From a virus (lineage: Duplodnaviria > Caudoviricetes), in IMG/VR virus record IMGVR_UViG_3300023296_001079, positions 147 through 64,146 of that record: a stretch of 64,000 nt of DNA; one strand, written 5' to 3'. The position numbers and the translations under genes were made by a program. Positions 19,292 through 28,699 of the stretch are shown in pieces (the stretch's first letter is position 1; each line of letters begins with the position of its first letter). The notes beneath the pieces are model-generated. The model was not told the DNA's origin. It saw only the letters and a list, made by a program, of their open reading frames with translations, and searched no databases.

Positions 19292-20031
19292 CCGCTTTAA
19301 AACTATCTCACGAGGTTCTGGCCCGCCGGGTATACCGGGAAGACGTCAACATGGGACTGGCCGCCAACACCATCATGAAGTTCGTGGTTCCTCTCCTGGA
19401 CCCCCTGAAGGTGGCCCTGGATGTAGGGGCAGCCACTGGCCACATTACCAACATCATCGCCCCCCACGTTTTCCGGGTCTATGGATTCGAGGCGGTCCTT
19501 CCGGTGTTCTTTCAATATTGCAAAATGCAGGACCGGTGGGACAACGTGGTCCCGGTCTATGGAGCGGTGGGCTCCGACATGGGGACGGCTGAGTTCTTCG
19601 TGGATGACAAGCGCCTGTCCAACTCAGGCTTCCAGGACCTTGTGGACGGGCAGAAGACCCGAGTCCCCATGCTCTGCCTGGACCCTATGTTTGACCAGGA
19701 CGAGACGATTGGATTCGTCAAGGTGGACGTGGAGGGCAATGAGTTGGACGTCCTCCGAGGGGCGGAAGGTATCCTCCGGCGGGACCGGCCTCTTCTCATG
19801 GTGGAAATTTATAAGCCATTCTGCCCCTACCCCCTGGAGAAGGTTTTCCAGTGGATTATGGACCAGGGCTACACCTGTTTCTGGTATGTCAAGAGCCGGG
19901 GCCACATGGCCTCCTGCCACACGGCGGAAGAGGCCGCCGTGGTGTGCGTGGACAAACATGAGGAGCATGACGGGGACTTCTTGTTTGCCCCCACCCAGTT
20001 ACGCCTAGCAGAAGCCTGGAAGGGCCTTTAA
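19288..20031 (+). CDS. FkbM family methyltransferase
   Basis: LDVGAATG, YGFEA, VKVDVEGNELDVLRGA, P.LMVE. Confidence 0.9.
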   Translation: MTALKLSHEVLARRVYREDVNMGLAANTIMKFVVPLLDPLKVALDVGAATGHITNIIAPHVFRVYGFEAVLPVFFQYCKMQDRWDNVVPVYGAVGSDMGTAEFFVDDKRLSNSGFQDLVDGQKTRVPMLCLDPMFDQDETIGFVKVDVEGNELDVLRGAEGILRRDRPLLMVEIYKPFCPYPLEKVFQWIMDQGYTCFWYVKSRGHMASCHTAEEAAVVCVDKHEEHDGDFLFAPTQLRLAEAWKGL

Positions 20032-20658
20032 ATGACCAGTTCGAGTGGAGAGCGGCAGATAGGCAAGCGCCTGGACGACATAGCCCCGGACCATGTGGCC
20101 AGATATCACTGGGCGGCTAGAATGCTTCACATTAAGCTGGACAGGAAGGTCTTCGGGCCCCCCCGGATTCTGGACGCGGCCTGTGGTTGTGGGTACGGGT
20201 CAGAGGTACTGGCCCAGAGCGGGTTCAAGGTGACGGGGGTTGATATCTCCCCGGAAGCTAAAGCCTACGCCCGTCACTTCGGGGCGGGGCGGGACTGGGA
20301 CTTCCTCCAGCACGATATCCTGAACCTGGGACACCTGGGAAAGTTCGACGCGGTGGTGTCGATTGAGACGGTGGAGCATATCAACCAGGACGGGTTCTGG
20401 GTTACCCACATGCACCGGCTGGCGGACTTGGCTGTGGTCACGGTCCCCAACCAGTTGGTGACCCCGTTCACCCCCAACCAATTCAAGCACCACTTCCGGC
20501 ACTACACCCCAGACCAGTTGGGCGGTCTATTCAGGGCCCGAGATTGGAACATAGAGGAGAATGACTGGTGGACACAGAAGGGCACAAAGTGGAAGGGCAC
20601 AGATATGTCACCGGGGAAGGGGGGGAGAGTGTTGGGCATTATAGCCTCCGGCGCATAG
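20032..20658 (+). CDS. Class I SAM-dependent methyltransferase
   Basis: HVARYHWA, ILDAACGCGYGS, GVDIS, SIETVEHI, HFRHYT. Confidence 0.88.
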   Translation: MTSSSGERQIGKRLDDIAPDHVARYHWAARMLHIKLDRKVFGPPRILDAACGCGYGSEVLAQSGFKVTGVDISPEAKAYARHFGAGRDWDFLQHDILNLGHLGKFDAVVSIETVEHINQDGFWVTHMHRLADLAVVTVPNQLVTPFTPNQFKHHFRHYTPDQLGGLFRARDWNIEENDWWTQKGTKWKGTDMSPGKGGRVLGIIASGA

Positions 20659-21224
20659 CCCAACAGGTCATACTCCAGGAATCCTTGGGGCTGGTGGCCC
20701 TGGCAGACGCCCTCCCGGTGGCGGTGTTCGATGATGCGGTGAACCACCTCTGCCGACAGGGAACCGTGGTCCTGTCTGGGTTGGGGAAAAGCGGACACGT
20801 TGCCCGGAAGATATCCTCCACCATGACGTCCCTGGGGACGCGGTCTGTATACATACACCCCACCGAGGCTGCCCACGGGGACCTGGGCTTCCTGGGCCCC
20901 CAGGACGCCCTCCTGGCCCTATCCAGGTCCGGCGGGGCGGAAGAGTTGCTCCACCTGTTCCACAGGGCCAAGGATTTGAACATCCCCTCCGTCCTGATAA
21001 CGGAGGACCCCGCTTCCCGGCTGGCCAGGGTGGCGGACTTCGTCCTCCCTATTCCCAAGGTCCTTGAAGCCTGGGGCCATGCCCCTTCCACCTCAACCAC
21101 GATGCAGATGGGCCTGGGCGATGCCCTCGCTATCTGTCTGGCCCAGTTGCGCGGCTTTACCAATACGGACTTCAAGAGGACCCACCCTGGAGGGGCTCTG
21201 GGCCACCTGAAGAAGGCTGGATAG
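20568..21224 (+). CDS. kpsF: Arabinose-5-phosphate isomerase (KpsF/GutQ/KdsD SIS domain, no CBS domains)
   Basis: GLGKSGHVARKI, HPTEAAHGDLG, SRSG...EL, APSTST, GDALA, F...HPGGALG; GTG start after GAGGAG. Confidence 0.88.
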   Translation: MDTEGHKVEGHRYVTGEGGESVGHYSLRRIAQQVILQESLGLVALADALPVAVFDDAVNHLCRQGTVVLSGLGKSGHVARKISSTMTSLGTRSVYIHPTEAAHGDLGFLGPQDALLALSRSGGAEELLHLFHRAKDLNIPSVLITEDPASRLARVADFVLPIPKVLEAWGHAPSTSTTMQMGLGDALAICLAQLRGFTNTDFKRTHPGGALGHLKKAG

Positions 21225-21305
21225 AGGTCCCTGGACCATTTAAAGAAAGGCGTGATATAGTGCCGGGGCTTTAAGCCACCCACTGAGGCCTACCGAGGGA
21301 TTCTC

Positions 21306-21737
21306 ATGTCAGATTTTGTATTTAACCGGGCAAAGGGCGCAGCGGCTGAACTGTGCCGGAATTATACCGGGGCCCTGATTATGGCCCTATACAAAGCGGT
21401 GGGGAATGTTTCCACCCTCCGAGACGCGGACAACCTGTCGGCAGTCGCGGCAGTCGCAGCCACCACGGAATTGACGGATGGCTCCTACGCCCGGAAGACA
21501 GGCTTAACTGAGACGGTCACCCTTGACGACACCAACGACCGGGTGGACCTGGACGTCCCAGACCAGACGTGGTCCGCCCTGGCGGGCTCCGCTGTGGTTG
21601 GGGTGGTCATCGCCATTGAGTCCTCCGCCAGTGATTCGGCGCGGATTCCTCTGACCCAACAGGACTTCGCTGTGACCCCGGACGCTTCGGACGTCACCCT
21701 CCAGGTCAACGCCTCCGGCTTCTATCGGGCCAGCTAA
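21306..21737 (+). CDS. Small virion fibre/structural protein
   Basis: 143-aa beta-rich protein (TE.T...YARK, D.D..D.TW, DF.VTP...D.T); own promoter-like region and RBS upstream. Confidence 0.65.
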   Translation: MSDFVFNRAKGAAAELCRNYTGALIMALYKAVGNVSTLRDADNLSAVAAVAATTELTDGSYARKTGLTETVTLDDTNDRVDLDVPDQTWSALAGSAVVGVVIAIESSASDSARIPLTQQDFAVTPDASDVTLQVNASGFYRAS

Positions 21738-21751
21738 AGGACCCCCTACAC

Positions 21752-22162
21752 ATGAACATTCCCGCATGGCTGACAGAAGACGCCCAGGGCCGCTGGCACA
21801 TTGACAGCGATGGGGCCTATCCCGAGTGGATGGGATTCCTTGGCCTGACCAATGAGGACCTTGACCGCTACTGGCTGGAGGTTCTCTTCCAGTGTGCCAA
21901 GATGGACGCCCAGGTGGCCGTCCGGAGTTCCGGGGATGACCCCCGCATGGTGGGCAAGGGTCTTATCCTTGTGGTGGACGCCACCAAGGCCAAGAAGCAA
22001 AGCTGGGCGCAGATAAACTTCCCCGTGGAGACAGCGGCAGGCCGCCGGAAGCGGGAGGCCCTCATGGGGGAGAACCGCAAGCTGGCGGGTCCGGACGCGG
22101 CCACCAAAGGCAAGGAAGCGCGGGCGCTGTACCGAAAGATTCGAGGCTTCGTCCCGGAGTAG
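21752..22162 (+). CDS. Hypothetical protein
   Basis: 136-aa ORF with RBS AAGGA, in operon. Confidence 0.65.
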   Translation: MNIPAWLTEDAQGRWHIDSDGAYPEWMGFLGLTNEDLDRYWLEVLFQCAKMDAQVAVRSSGDDPRMVGKGLILVVDATKAKKQSWAQINFPVETAAGRRKREALMGENRKLAGPDAATKGKEARALYRKIRGFVPE

Positions 22163-22192
22163 CCCCACCTCTGTTGCTTTAAAGGGGTCCCA

Positions 22193-22624
22193 GTGAAAAC
22201 GTACACGCCCAACGGAAACTTCAAGGTCAACCGGAACGTGTTGATTGCCCTGGGCGAGGAAGTCCCGGAGCATTTCCACGTCTGGAGTCACACGGTCCTT
22301 CCGGTGGAGGGCCTGTTCCAGATAACGGCCTGGGATAATCCGGACTGTGACAATGAATTTGACGTGAACAAGCACCCCCTTCTTGGGTCCACCCACGTGG
22401 GTTATCCGAGATATGCGAAGGCGCACCCTGATATTGTGGTTCACCCCTGGGCCTTGATTGACGCGAAACGATTCCACGTCATACGGCTGGTGTCCCTGAC
22501 CAGTAAGGTGGGGGAATCCGAATTGATCGAAACCCAGGGGGAGTTCTGGTGTTGCTGGTCCCACCGGAAGGTGGACGGGGAAGTGGTGCAATACGACACC
22601 GGCTGGAGTGGGGCCCTTTCCTGA
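22193..22624 (+). CDS. Hypothetical protein
   Basis: 143-aa ORF; TGATG coupling to the next gene. Confidence 0.6.
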   Translation: MKTYTPNGNFKVNRNVLIALGEEVPEHFHVWSHTVLPVEGLFQITAWDNPDCDNEFDVNKHPLLGSTHVGYPRYAKAHPDIVVHPWALIDAKRFHVIRLVSLTSKVGESELIETQGEFWCCWSHRKVDGEVVQYDTGWSGALS

Positions 22625-23118
22625 TGGCCGAGTATATCGCCGTCCATGGGATAGCCTACCATGACCGGCACTGGCACCCAACGAAGCAACCAAAAAGCCT
22701 TCGGGATACAATGATATCGTCCGGAGAACTTATCACCCTGTGGCAAGCCAACGGCCCCAGGCACTGGTTCCCTGTGTGGGACTCCAACCCTACCGTCATT
22801 CGCGTCCGCATTCTGAACGCCTTGGTGGGGCAATATGACTGGATGGTGTCCGACTATACAGTCAATGACGCCACAGCCCAGGACCCTTATTCCATTGTCA
22901 CAATTGCGAAGCGGTTGTGGAGGCTGGACCATGTTCCAATGTTGGCGGACGAGGTCACCCGTCTGAAGCGTCCCTTGAACATGGAGTCTGACATACTGGA
23001 CCTAGACCCTTTAAAGCTAACGAGAAAGGTAGAGGGAGGAGTTCTGTTCAATAAAAATGCGGAGGACGTTCCGCGGGAAGACCCCACCCGGGCTGGTCTG
23101 GCCGGAGGACGTTTGTAG
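22624..23118 (+). CDS. Hypothetical protein
   Basis: ATG 22624 overlaps the previous stop; its stop overlaps the next start. Confidence 0.6.
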   Translation: MAEYIAVHGIAYHDRHWHPTKQPKSLRDTMISSGELITLWQANGPRHWFPVWDSNPTVIRVRILNALVGQYDWMVSDYTVNDATAQDPYSIVTIAKRLWRLDHVPMLADEVTRLKRPLNMESDILDLDPLKLTRKVEGGVLFNKNAEDVPREDPTRAGLAGGRL

Positions 23119-25145
23119 TGGCCACCGACCGGACCAGAAAATGCCCCATCACAATCTCCTCCACCTATGTGGCCTCCACGGTGGCGAACTACCCCTTTCG
23201 TCTGGAGGTGGCGGACCTGCCCAGCGAGGCCATGGACGCGGACGGGACCTACCCCTGCAACGCGGACGGGGCGGATATTCAGTTCTTCAGTGACGAGGAC
23301 CTGACCACCGAGTTGGCCGTTGACGTTGTCTTCGTCAACCTGAACAACAACCCTGCCCTGGCCACCTCCAAGATATTTGTCAAGATTCCCAGCCTCTCTT
23401 CAACCTCTGATACCACCATATGGATGGCCTACAATACGGTGGACCCCGCCACCTTCCCGGCGGCAGATTCTACCTATGGCTCGGAGGCTGTCTGGGCTGA
23501 CTATGAACTGGTTATCCACGGGGAGGCGGGGTACGAGGACGCGGCGGGGAATCATACAGTCAGCACGTCCGGGAGTCCGACCTACAGCGAAGACGATGGG
23601 CTGATTATCGTCTCCACCCAGTATGCCTACGTTACGGCCACGGCCCTGGGGGAGACGGACCTAACGGTCCAGGCGAGAGGCCGGGCGGCGGAGTTCAAAC
23701 AGTACACCTACGGCAACAGCACCCACCTGGGCTCCAACATATTCAACACCCGAGTTTTGGGGTCAGACGACAGCCCCACCTTCGGCATGTTCCATAATTC
23801 AACCTCTCCCAAGGTCTCCTTTGTGATCGACAGCGAAGGGATCGGCAAAGGCGCGGACGGCACCACCACGCTGGCGGTGGATACTTGGTATCACATGCAC
23901 GGAACAGTAGTTCCTAACGGGTCCATTCCAACCTATGACGGAACCTTCCGGGCGTATCTGGCGGGGGCGGAGGAAGGAACGAACAACATAGCCCTGGGAG
24001 GAACCTGGGGCGGGGGCGCGTGGCAGGGAGCCACATGGTATATCGGGGAGCACGTAGACTGGGACGGTCAGACCACGGTGGACCTAAAGGACCTCCGGGT
24101 CCGCAAGGAGGCCCTGGGGGCTGACTGGATTGCCACGGAGGAGGACAACCTGTCCACGGCTGCCTTCGCCACGGTGGGGACCTGTGAGACCATATCCACG
24201 GACCAGACTGTGGAAGTATCCCTGACAACTGAGACGGACGTGGCCCTGGCGTCTTCGGCAGCCAAAGCCCTGGCCCTGGCCCAGGTGGCAGAGGCCGATT
24301 CGGCCCTGTCGGTCTCCTTCTCCCGGGCCCTGGCTATAGTCCTGGCGACCGGGACGGACACGGCCCTGACCCTGGCAGGCTTCGACAAGGTTAAAGCGGT
24401 GGGGCTGGCAACGGAACTGGACACGGCCCTGACCCTGTCCGGGTGGGCCAAGGTCACCGGGACAGGGCTGGCAACGGAACTGGACATCACCTTCTCCCCC
24501 ACGGCAGCCTCCGCCGGGAGCATTGGTCTATCAGTAGAGACCAACCTGTCCCAGGCCCTGGGGGTGTCAAAGGTCCGGGCAACCGGGCGGACCACGGAAG
24601 CGGATTCGGTCTTCGCCATCGCGGGCTGGGCAAAGGCCACAGCAATAGGGGTGGTGGCAGAGGCGGACCAAGCCTTCACGCTGACAGCGGACAAGCTTCT
24701 GGCCATCGCCCTGGTGGCAGAGGCGGACCAAGCCTTCTCCCCCACGGCCCAACAGTCTAGAATCATCGCCATTCAACAGGTCCTATCGGCAGCGGACCAA
24801 GCCTTCACTCTCTCCGGTTGGCTGAAGGCCCAGGGCCTTGGGCTGGCGACGGAAGCGGACCTTGCCCAGACTGTGGGGCGAATCCAGAACGTCTCCATTA
24901 CCCTGGCGACCGATACCGAAACAGCCCAGACCCTGGGGACACCACAGAAGGCCCAGGACATTGGCCTGACCCTGGAGACCACGGTTCTATTCGGGGTGGA
25001 GTTGATTGTAGGGTCCGCCCCAGACCAGAGAACGGTCCAGGTGACGGCAGACAGGCTCTCTGTGGTGGACACCCGGACGAGTTCGGCAGAGGCGGGCGGG
25101 GAGACCCGAGTTGCCACAAGAGTCTCTATAGTGCCGACCAGATAG
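23118..25145 (+). CDS. Virion adhesin/fibre: DUF2341-like plus LamG/ConA domain and about 20-aa repeats
   Basis: DGADIQF, FVKIPSLS....IWMAY, VW.DY..V.H (DUF2341-like); DTWYHMHGT (LamG-like); repeated A-x-E-x-D-x-A units. Confidence 0.75.
   Translation: MATDRTRKCPITISSTYVASTVANYPFRLEVADLPSEAMDADGTYPCNADGADIQFFSDEDLTTELAVDVVFVNLNNNPALATSKIFVKIPSLSSTSDTTIWMAYNTVDPATFPAADSTYGSEAVWADYELVIHGEAGYEDAAGNHTVSTSGSPTYSEDDGLIIVSTQYAYVTATALGETDLTVQARGRAAEFKQYTYGNSTHLGSNIFNTRVLGSDDSPTFGMFHNSTSPKVSFVIDSEGIGKGADGTTTLAVDTWYHMHGTVVPNGSIPTYDGTFRAYLAGAEEGTNNIALGGTWGGGAWQGATWYIGEHVDWDGQTTVDLKDLRVRKEALGADWIATEEDNLSTAAFATVGTCETISTDQTVEVSLTTETDVALASSAAKALALAQVAEADSALSVSFSRALAIVLATGTDTALTLAGFDKVKAVGLATELDTALTLSGWAKVTGTGLATELDITFSPTAASAGSIGLSVETNLSQALGVSKVRATGRTTEADSVFAIAGWAKATAIGVVAEADQAFTLTADKLLAIALVAEADQAFSPTAQQSRIIAIQQVLSAADQAFTLSGWLKAQGLGLATEADLAQTVGRIQNVSITLATDTETAQTLGTPQKAQDIGLTLETTVLFGVELIVGSAPDQRTVQVTADRLSVVDTRTSSAEAGGETRVATRVSIVPTR
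24215..24985 (+). repeat. Tandem 20-21-aa repeats (about 13 copies) in the fibre protein
   Basis: e.g. GLATELDTALTLSGWAK, GVVAEADQAFTLTADK; nucleotide repeats GGCAACGGAACTGGACA and GGTGGCAGAGGCGGACCAAGCCTTC. Confidence 0.8.
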
Positions 25146-25156
25146 GACGGGATCGC

Positions 25157-25972
25157 ATGTCAGATATTGTTGGAACCTTCACCCAGGACGCGGACGAGAA
25201 GCTAGACTTCACCATAGACTGGACGCTGTGGATGGCCACGGCGGACGTCCTCAATGGGTCCTCCTGGTCCGTGGAGACCTTCGCCGGGGACGCTTCCCCT
25301 CTGGCCGCTGCCCTTTCGCCTTCTCCCTCCTATGACGCGGGCGAGAACAAGACCACGGTGTGGCTGGAGGACGGGTCCAACGGCAAGACCTACCGGGTCA
25401 CCAATACGGTCACCACGACCGGTGGAAGGACAGGAGAGAAGGCCCTTCTCTTAAAGATCAATGACGCCCCCCTGGCGGGGCTGGTGGCCGAGGACGGCAC
25501 AGGCCTTGCAGCCGCCACCAGTTACGCCACGGTGGCCGAGGCGGACACCTTCTTCTCCAGGCGTCTATACACCACACCCTGGACCGGCGCGGACCAGGAC
25601 GACAAGGAGCGGGCTTTGATAATGGCCTCCTCCTTGCTGGACTCCCACATGACCTACCAGGGGATGAAGACCGGAGACACCCAGGCCCTGTCCTGGCCCC
25701 GGTATGGGATTTATGACAAGAGTGGATTCCTGGTTCCCTCCACAACTCTGCCCCAGGCTTTAAAGGACGCCACCTCCGAACTGGCCAAATGGCTTCTGGC
25801 CTCTGACCGGACGGCGGAGGACGACACCAAGGGGTTCCGGGAGATGAAGGTTGGCTCCCTGGAACTGGTGGTGGACAGGTCCGACCGGACGGCCACCATC
25901 CCGGATGCGGTCAAGCGACTTCTTCGCCCCTTCGGAAGAATCCACACCGGTATGGCCAGGGTGTCCAGATAG
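25157..25972 (+). CDS. Fibre-adaptor domain fused to head-tail connector (DnaT-like annotation)
   Basis: N-half QDADEKLDFTIDW...TTVWL..G..G.TYRVTN.VTT.GGRT; C-half EDGTGL..ATSYATVAEAD.FF...QALSWPR...P..LK.A..ELA. Confidence 0.8.
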   Translation: MSDIVGTFTQDADEKLDFTIDWTLWMATADVLNGSSWSVETFAGDASPLAAALSPSPSYDAGENKTTVWLEDGSNGKTYRVTNTVTTTGGRTGEKALLLKINDAPLAGLVAEDGTGLAAATSYATVAEADTFFSRRLYTTPWTGADQDDKERALIMASSLLDSHMTYQGMKTGDTQALSWPRYGIYDKSGFLVPSTTLPQALKDATSELAKWLLASDRTAEDDTKGFREMKVGSLELVVDRSDRTATIPDAVKRLLRPFGRIHTGMARVSR

Positions 25973-26344
25973 ATGGGACTCAAGGAAACATTCCAGAAGG
26001 CAGCCCTGGCGGGCGTAAACGCCTTCGGGAATGTTCGGGCGTCCACCATCTACGTCCAGGTGTCCTCTGCCTCCACCTACAGCGCGTCCACAGGTGTCCA
26101 GGCTGTGGCGGAATCCTCCACGGCTGGCGTCATGGTTATCTTCGACGTGTTCAAGTTCCGGGAGATTGACAACATCAACGTCCGGGCCGATGACAAGAAG
26201 GCTCTGGTTCCTGCCTTGTCGATTCCTGGAATTGTCCCCACCCCAGAGGATAGGATTATTGAGTCCTCCGCCGTCTGGAACGTGGTGGCGGTCGAGGTGG
26301 ACCCGGCAGGGGCTCTCTACACCTTGCAGGTCAGGAGGTCATAG
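25973..26344 (+). CDS. Head closure/stopper protein
   Basis: Position; P.P.DRI.....WNVV.V..DPAG..Y.LQVR. Confidence 0.75.
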   Translation: MGLKETFQKAALAGVNAFGNVRASTIYVQVSSASTYSASTGVQAVAESSTAGVMVIFDVFKFREIDNINVRADDKKALVPALSIPGIVPTPEDRIIESSAVWNVVAVEVDPAGALYTLQVRRS

Positions 26345-26712
26345 TGGCCGCCCGGGGGACCTTTAAAATAGAACTGACCACCAACATAAAGGAACTGGCG
26401 GACGCCCTGGAGGTTGACGTTGGGGTGGTCAAGCGGAAGATCGCCCTGGACCTTTACGCCGACATTCAGAGAAAGACTCCGGTGGATACTGGACGGGCCC
26501 GCAATACCTGGGGAGTTGGAGATTCCCCCGTCCACAAGCCCGGGGTGGGCGCTATATCAAAGGGTATGAATCCAACCTATATCTCCAACAACCTGCCCTA
26601 TATAACCCGCCTGGAGTTCGGGTACTCCAAGCAGGCCCCCCACGGCATGGTCCGGATTGCCCTGGCCTCCATGGAAGCTAAACTTTCCGCCCTGAGACAG
26701 AGGCTGCCATGA
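26344..26712 (+). CDS. Neck/tail-completion protein (HK97 gp10-like)
   Basis: TPVDTGRAR..W, YISNNLPYI.RLEFGYSKQAP.GMV. Confidence 0.88.
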   Translation: MAARGTFKIELTTNIKELADALEVDVGVVKRKIALDLYADIQRKTPVDTGRARNTWGVGDSPVHKPGVGAISKGMNPTYISNNLPYITRLEFGYSKQAPHGMVRIALASMEAKLSALRQRLP

Positions 26713-27119
26713 GTTTCAATGACACCCGGAACGCCATAGAGGCCCGCATGGTTGCGAATTATTCAACCTACAAGGTGAAGTTTGAAAACACTAAATTCAA
26801 GCCACCTGTGAACACTCCGTGGCTGGCTTTAACGGTCCAGGACGGGGAGGCCTTTAACGCTTCAATCGGAACCGCTAGACGAGTCCAGCGTCATCCTGGT
26901 ATCATCCAGGTTGATATCTACGTCCCGGAGAACCAAGGAACGAAGACTTCCCGGGAGATAGCGGACGCCGTGGCGGTAATTTTCAACACGGTACAGTTTA
27001 GTCTAGGGTCTTCTGGGACGATCAGCACCAGAGCCCCGGCACTTCAAGGATTGGGCATAGAGGAGGGCTGGGACAGGAAGGTCCTGTCCATTCCCTTCAT
27101 TCGGGACGTCATAGCTTAA
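26709..27119 (+). CDS. Tail terminator (DUF4128-like)
   Basis: FEN..F.PP..PW, G.IQVDIYVP...GT......AD. Confidence 0.8.
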   Translation: MSFNDTRNAIEARMVANYSTYKVKFENTKFKPPVNTPWLALTVQDGEAFNASIGTARRVQRHPGIIQVDIYVPENQGTKTSREIADAVAVIFNTVQFSLGSSGTISTRAPALQGLGIEEGWDRKVLSIPFIRDVIA

Positions 27120-27132
27120 CGGAGTCTTTATT

Positions 27133-28293
27133 ATGCCACTCGCTGAAACGAACCGGGTCCAGCTTCGATACGCTGCCGAGTCCACCTGGGGCGAGGCTGT
27201 AGCCAACGGCCCGGCCACCACGGAAGTCCGAATCACTTCGGAGAGCCTAGCCCACCAGAAGTCCACAATCGTCTCCCAGGAGATACGGACAGACCGGCAG
27301 CGAACGGCCCTCCTGGAGGTTGGCGTCTCTGCCGCCGGGGACTTCGGGTTTGAATTGTCCTATGGCTCCATGGAACTGTTCGCGGCCAATGCCTTGCGAA
27401 CGGCCCTGGTGTCCACGGTCACGGGTCTGGCTTCGGCCACAGTGGCCGCCTCCAGCATTACAGGCCCCACAGGAACCACCTTCCTTGCGGACGGGTTCAC
27501 GGCTGGCCAGTTCATCATGATTGAGTCCACGGGCAACACCCACAACGGGGTGGTGGCCCAGATCGACAGCTTGACAGAGTTGGCCTTGACCATTGTGGGG
27601 ACGACCTTGACCGCTTCGGTCCTGGCTTCTGCCGCGATCAACGGGCGGACGATTGTCAACGGAACCACAAAAACCTCCTACTTCATGGAGGCCGGCTTCG
27701 CGGACATTACCGCCGTCAAATATTTCACCGGTATGCGGGCGGCCTCCATGTCCATGGACCTCCAGTCCGGGCAGATTGTCACCGGGGTCTTCAGCTTCAT
27801 GGGCAAGGAAGGGTCAGTGGCCTCCGTCACGGTGGCCTCCACCGTGGTCACCTCCGCCAACCAGACCACGGCCATGACCGCAGCCGCCAACGTCCTGAAT
27901 GTGTTTGAGGCTGGCGTGGATGTCGGAGTGGCCGTCCAGGGGTTCAACATATCCCTGGAGAACAACATGCGGGAACGTCCCCAGGTGGGTCAGAAGTACA
28001 CGGCGGACCCGGGAGACGGCGGAGTGGACGTCACGGGCAACCTGAATGTCTACTTTGAGAACATTTCTCAGATGACCAAGTTCATCAACCACACGGCCAC
28101 CAGCCTTGCCTGTAAAATGAAGGACGTGGACGGGAACTACATCATTGTCTCCGTTCCGGCGGTCTACTTTTCGACAGGGGACCCGGGGGCCAGTGGCCCG
28201 GATTCGGACGTCTTCCTGTCAATGGACTTTACCGCGATCAAGGACGCCACGAAGGGCTACACTATCCGGGTGGACTTCCTCCCGGCAGCATAG
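27133..28293 (+). CDS. Major tail tube protein
   Basis: Y..ESTWG, R.TSESL......SQEIR.DRQ, GDF.FELSY, F.GM; contains an inserted Ala/Thr-rich domain. Confidence 0.88.
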   Translation: MPLAETNRVQLRYAAESTWGEAVANGPATTEVRITSESLAHQKSTIVSQEIRTDRQRTALLEVGVSAAGDFGFELSYGSMELFAANALRTALVSTVTGLASATVAASSITGPTGTTFLADGFTAGQFIMIESTGNTHNGVVAQIDSLTELALTIVGTTLTASVLASAAINGRTIVNGTTKTSYFMEAGFADITAVKYFTGMRAASMSMDLQSGQIVTGVFSFMGKEGSVASVTVASTVVTSANQTTAMTAAANVLNVFEAGVDVGVAVQGFNISLENNMRERPQVGQKYTADPGDGGVDVTGNLNVYFENISQMTKFINHTATSLACKMKDVDGNYIIVSVPAVYFSTGDPGASGPDSDVFLSMDFTAIKDATKGYTIRVDFLPAA

Positions 28294-28318
28294 TGACACT
28301 TTAAAGAGGGCAAACAAC

Positions 28319-28699
28319 ATGGACGTCAACACCACATGGGCAGACCCAGCCCTGGAGAAGGACGGGGTCTGGGTGGGCTACCGTGAGGGCTCCAGGGTCC
28401 TGGTGGCTCGATTCGGCAACCCTAACTTCCAGCGGGCTGTGGCGAAGAACACCCGCCTGAATAAGACCAAGAAAATTGACCCGGTGGAGGAGAAAGACCA
28501 ACTCTGCCAGATCATCTCCAGGACCATCCTCCTGGGGTGGGAAGGGTTCACAGCCAAGGGCAAGAAACTGGACTACACCCCGGACTTGGCCTACAGCCTA
28601 CTGGCCACCAACCTGGACTTCCGGAACGAGATTACCGAGTTGTCCATGGAGTCAGAAAACTTTAAAGCTGAGCAGGTTGAGGAGACGTCAAAAAACTAG
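28319..28699 (+). CDS. Tail assembly chaperone (gpG-like)
   Basis: E.DGVW, VARFGNPNF, LLGWEG, YTP..A..LL; ends at slippery A-AAA-AAC. Confidence 0.8.
   Translation: MDVNTTWADPALEKDGVWVGYREGSRVLVARFGNPNFQRAVAKNTRLNKTKKIDPVEEKDQLCQIISRTILLGWEGFTAKGKKLDYTPDLAYSLLATNLDFRNEITELSMESENFKAEQVEETSKN

Noticed and set aside
15057-21224. DNA hypermodification or O-antigen conversion as the role of the glycan cluster
   Set aside because: No nucleotide-modifying enzymes, Gtr-type membrane proteins or flippase were seen, and the cluster sits among structural genes; kept only as an alternative to test.
24215-24985. Diversity-generating retroelement or shufflon repeats
   Set aside because: The repeats are in-frame protein repeats; no reverse transcriptase or invertase is present.
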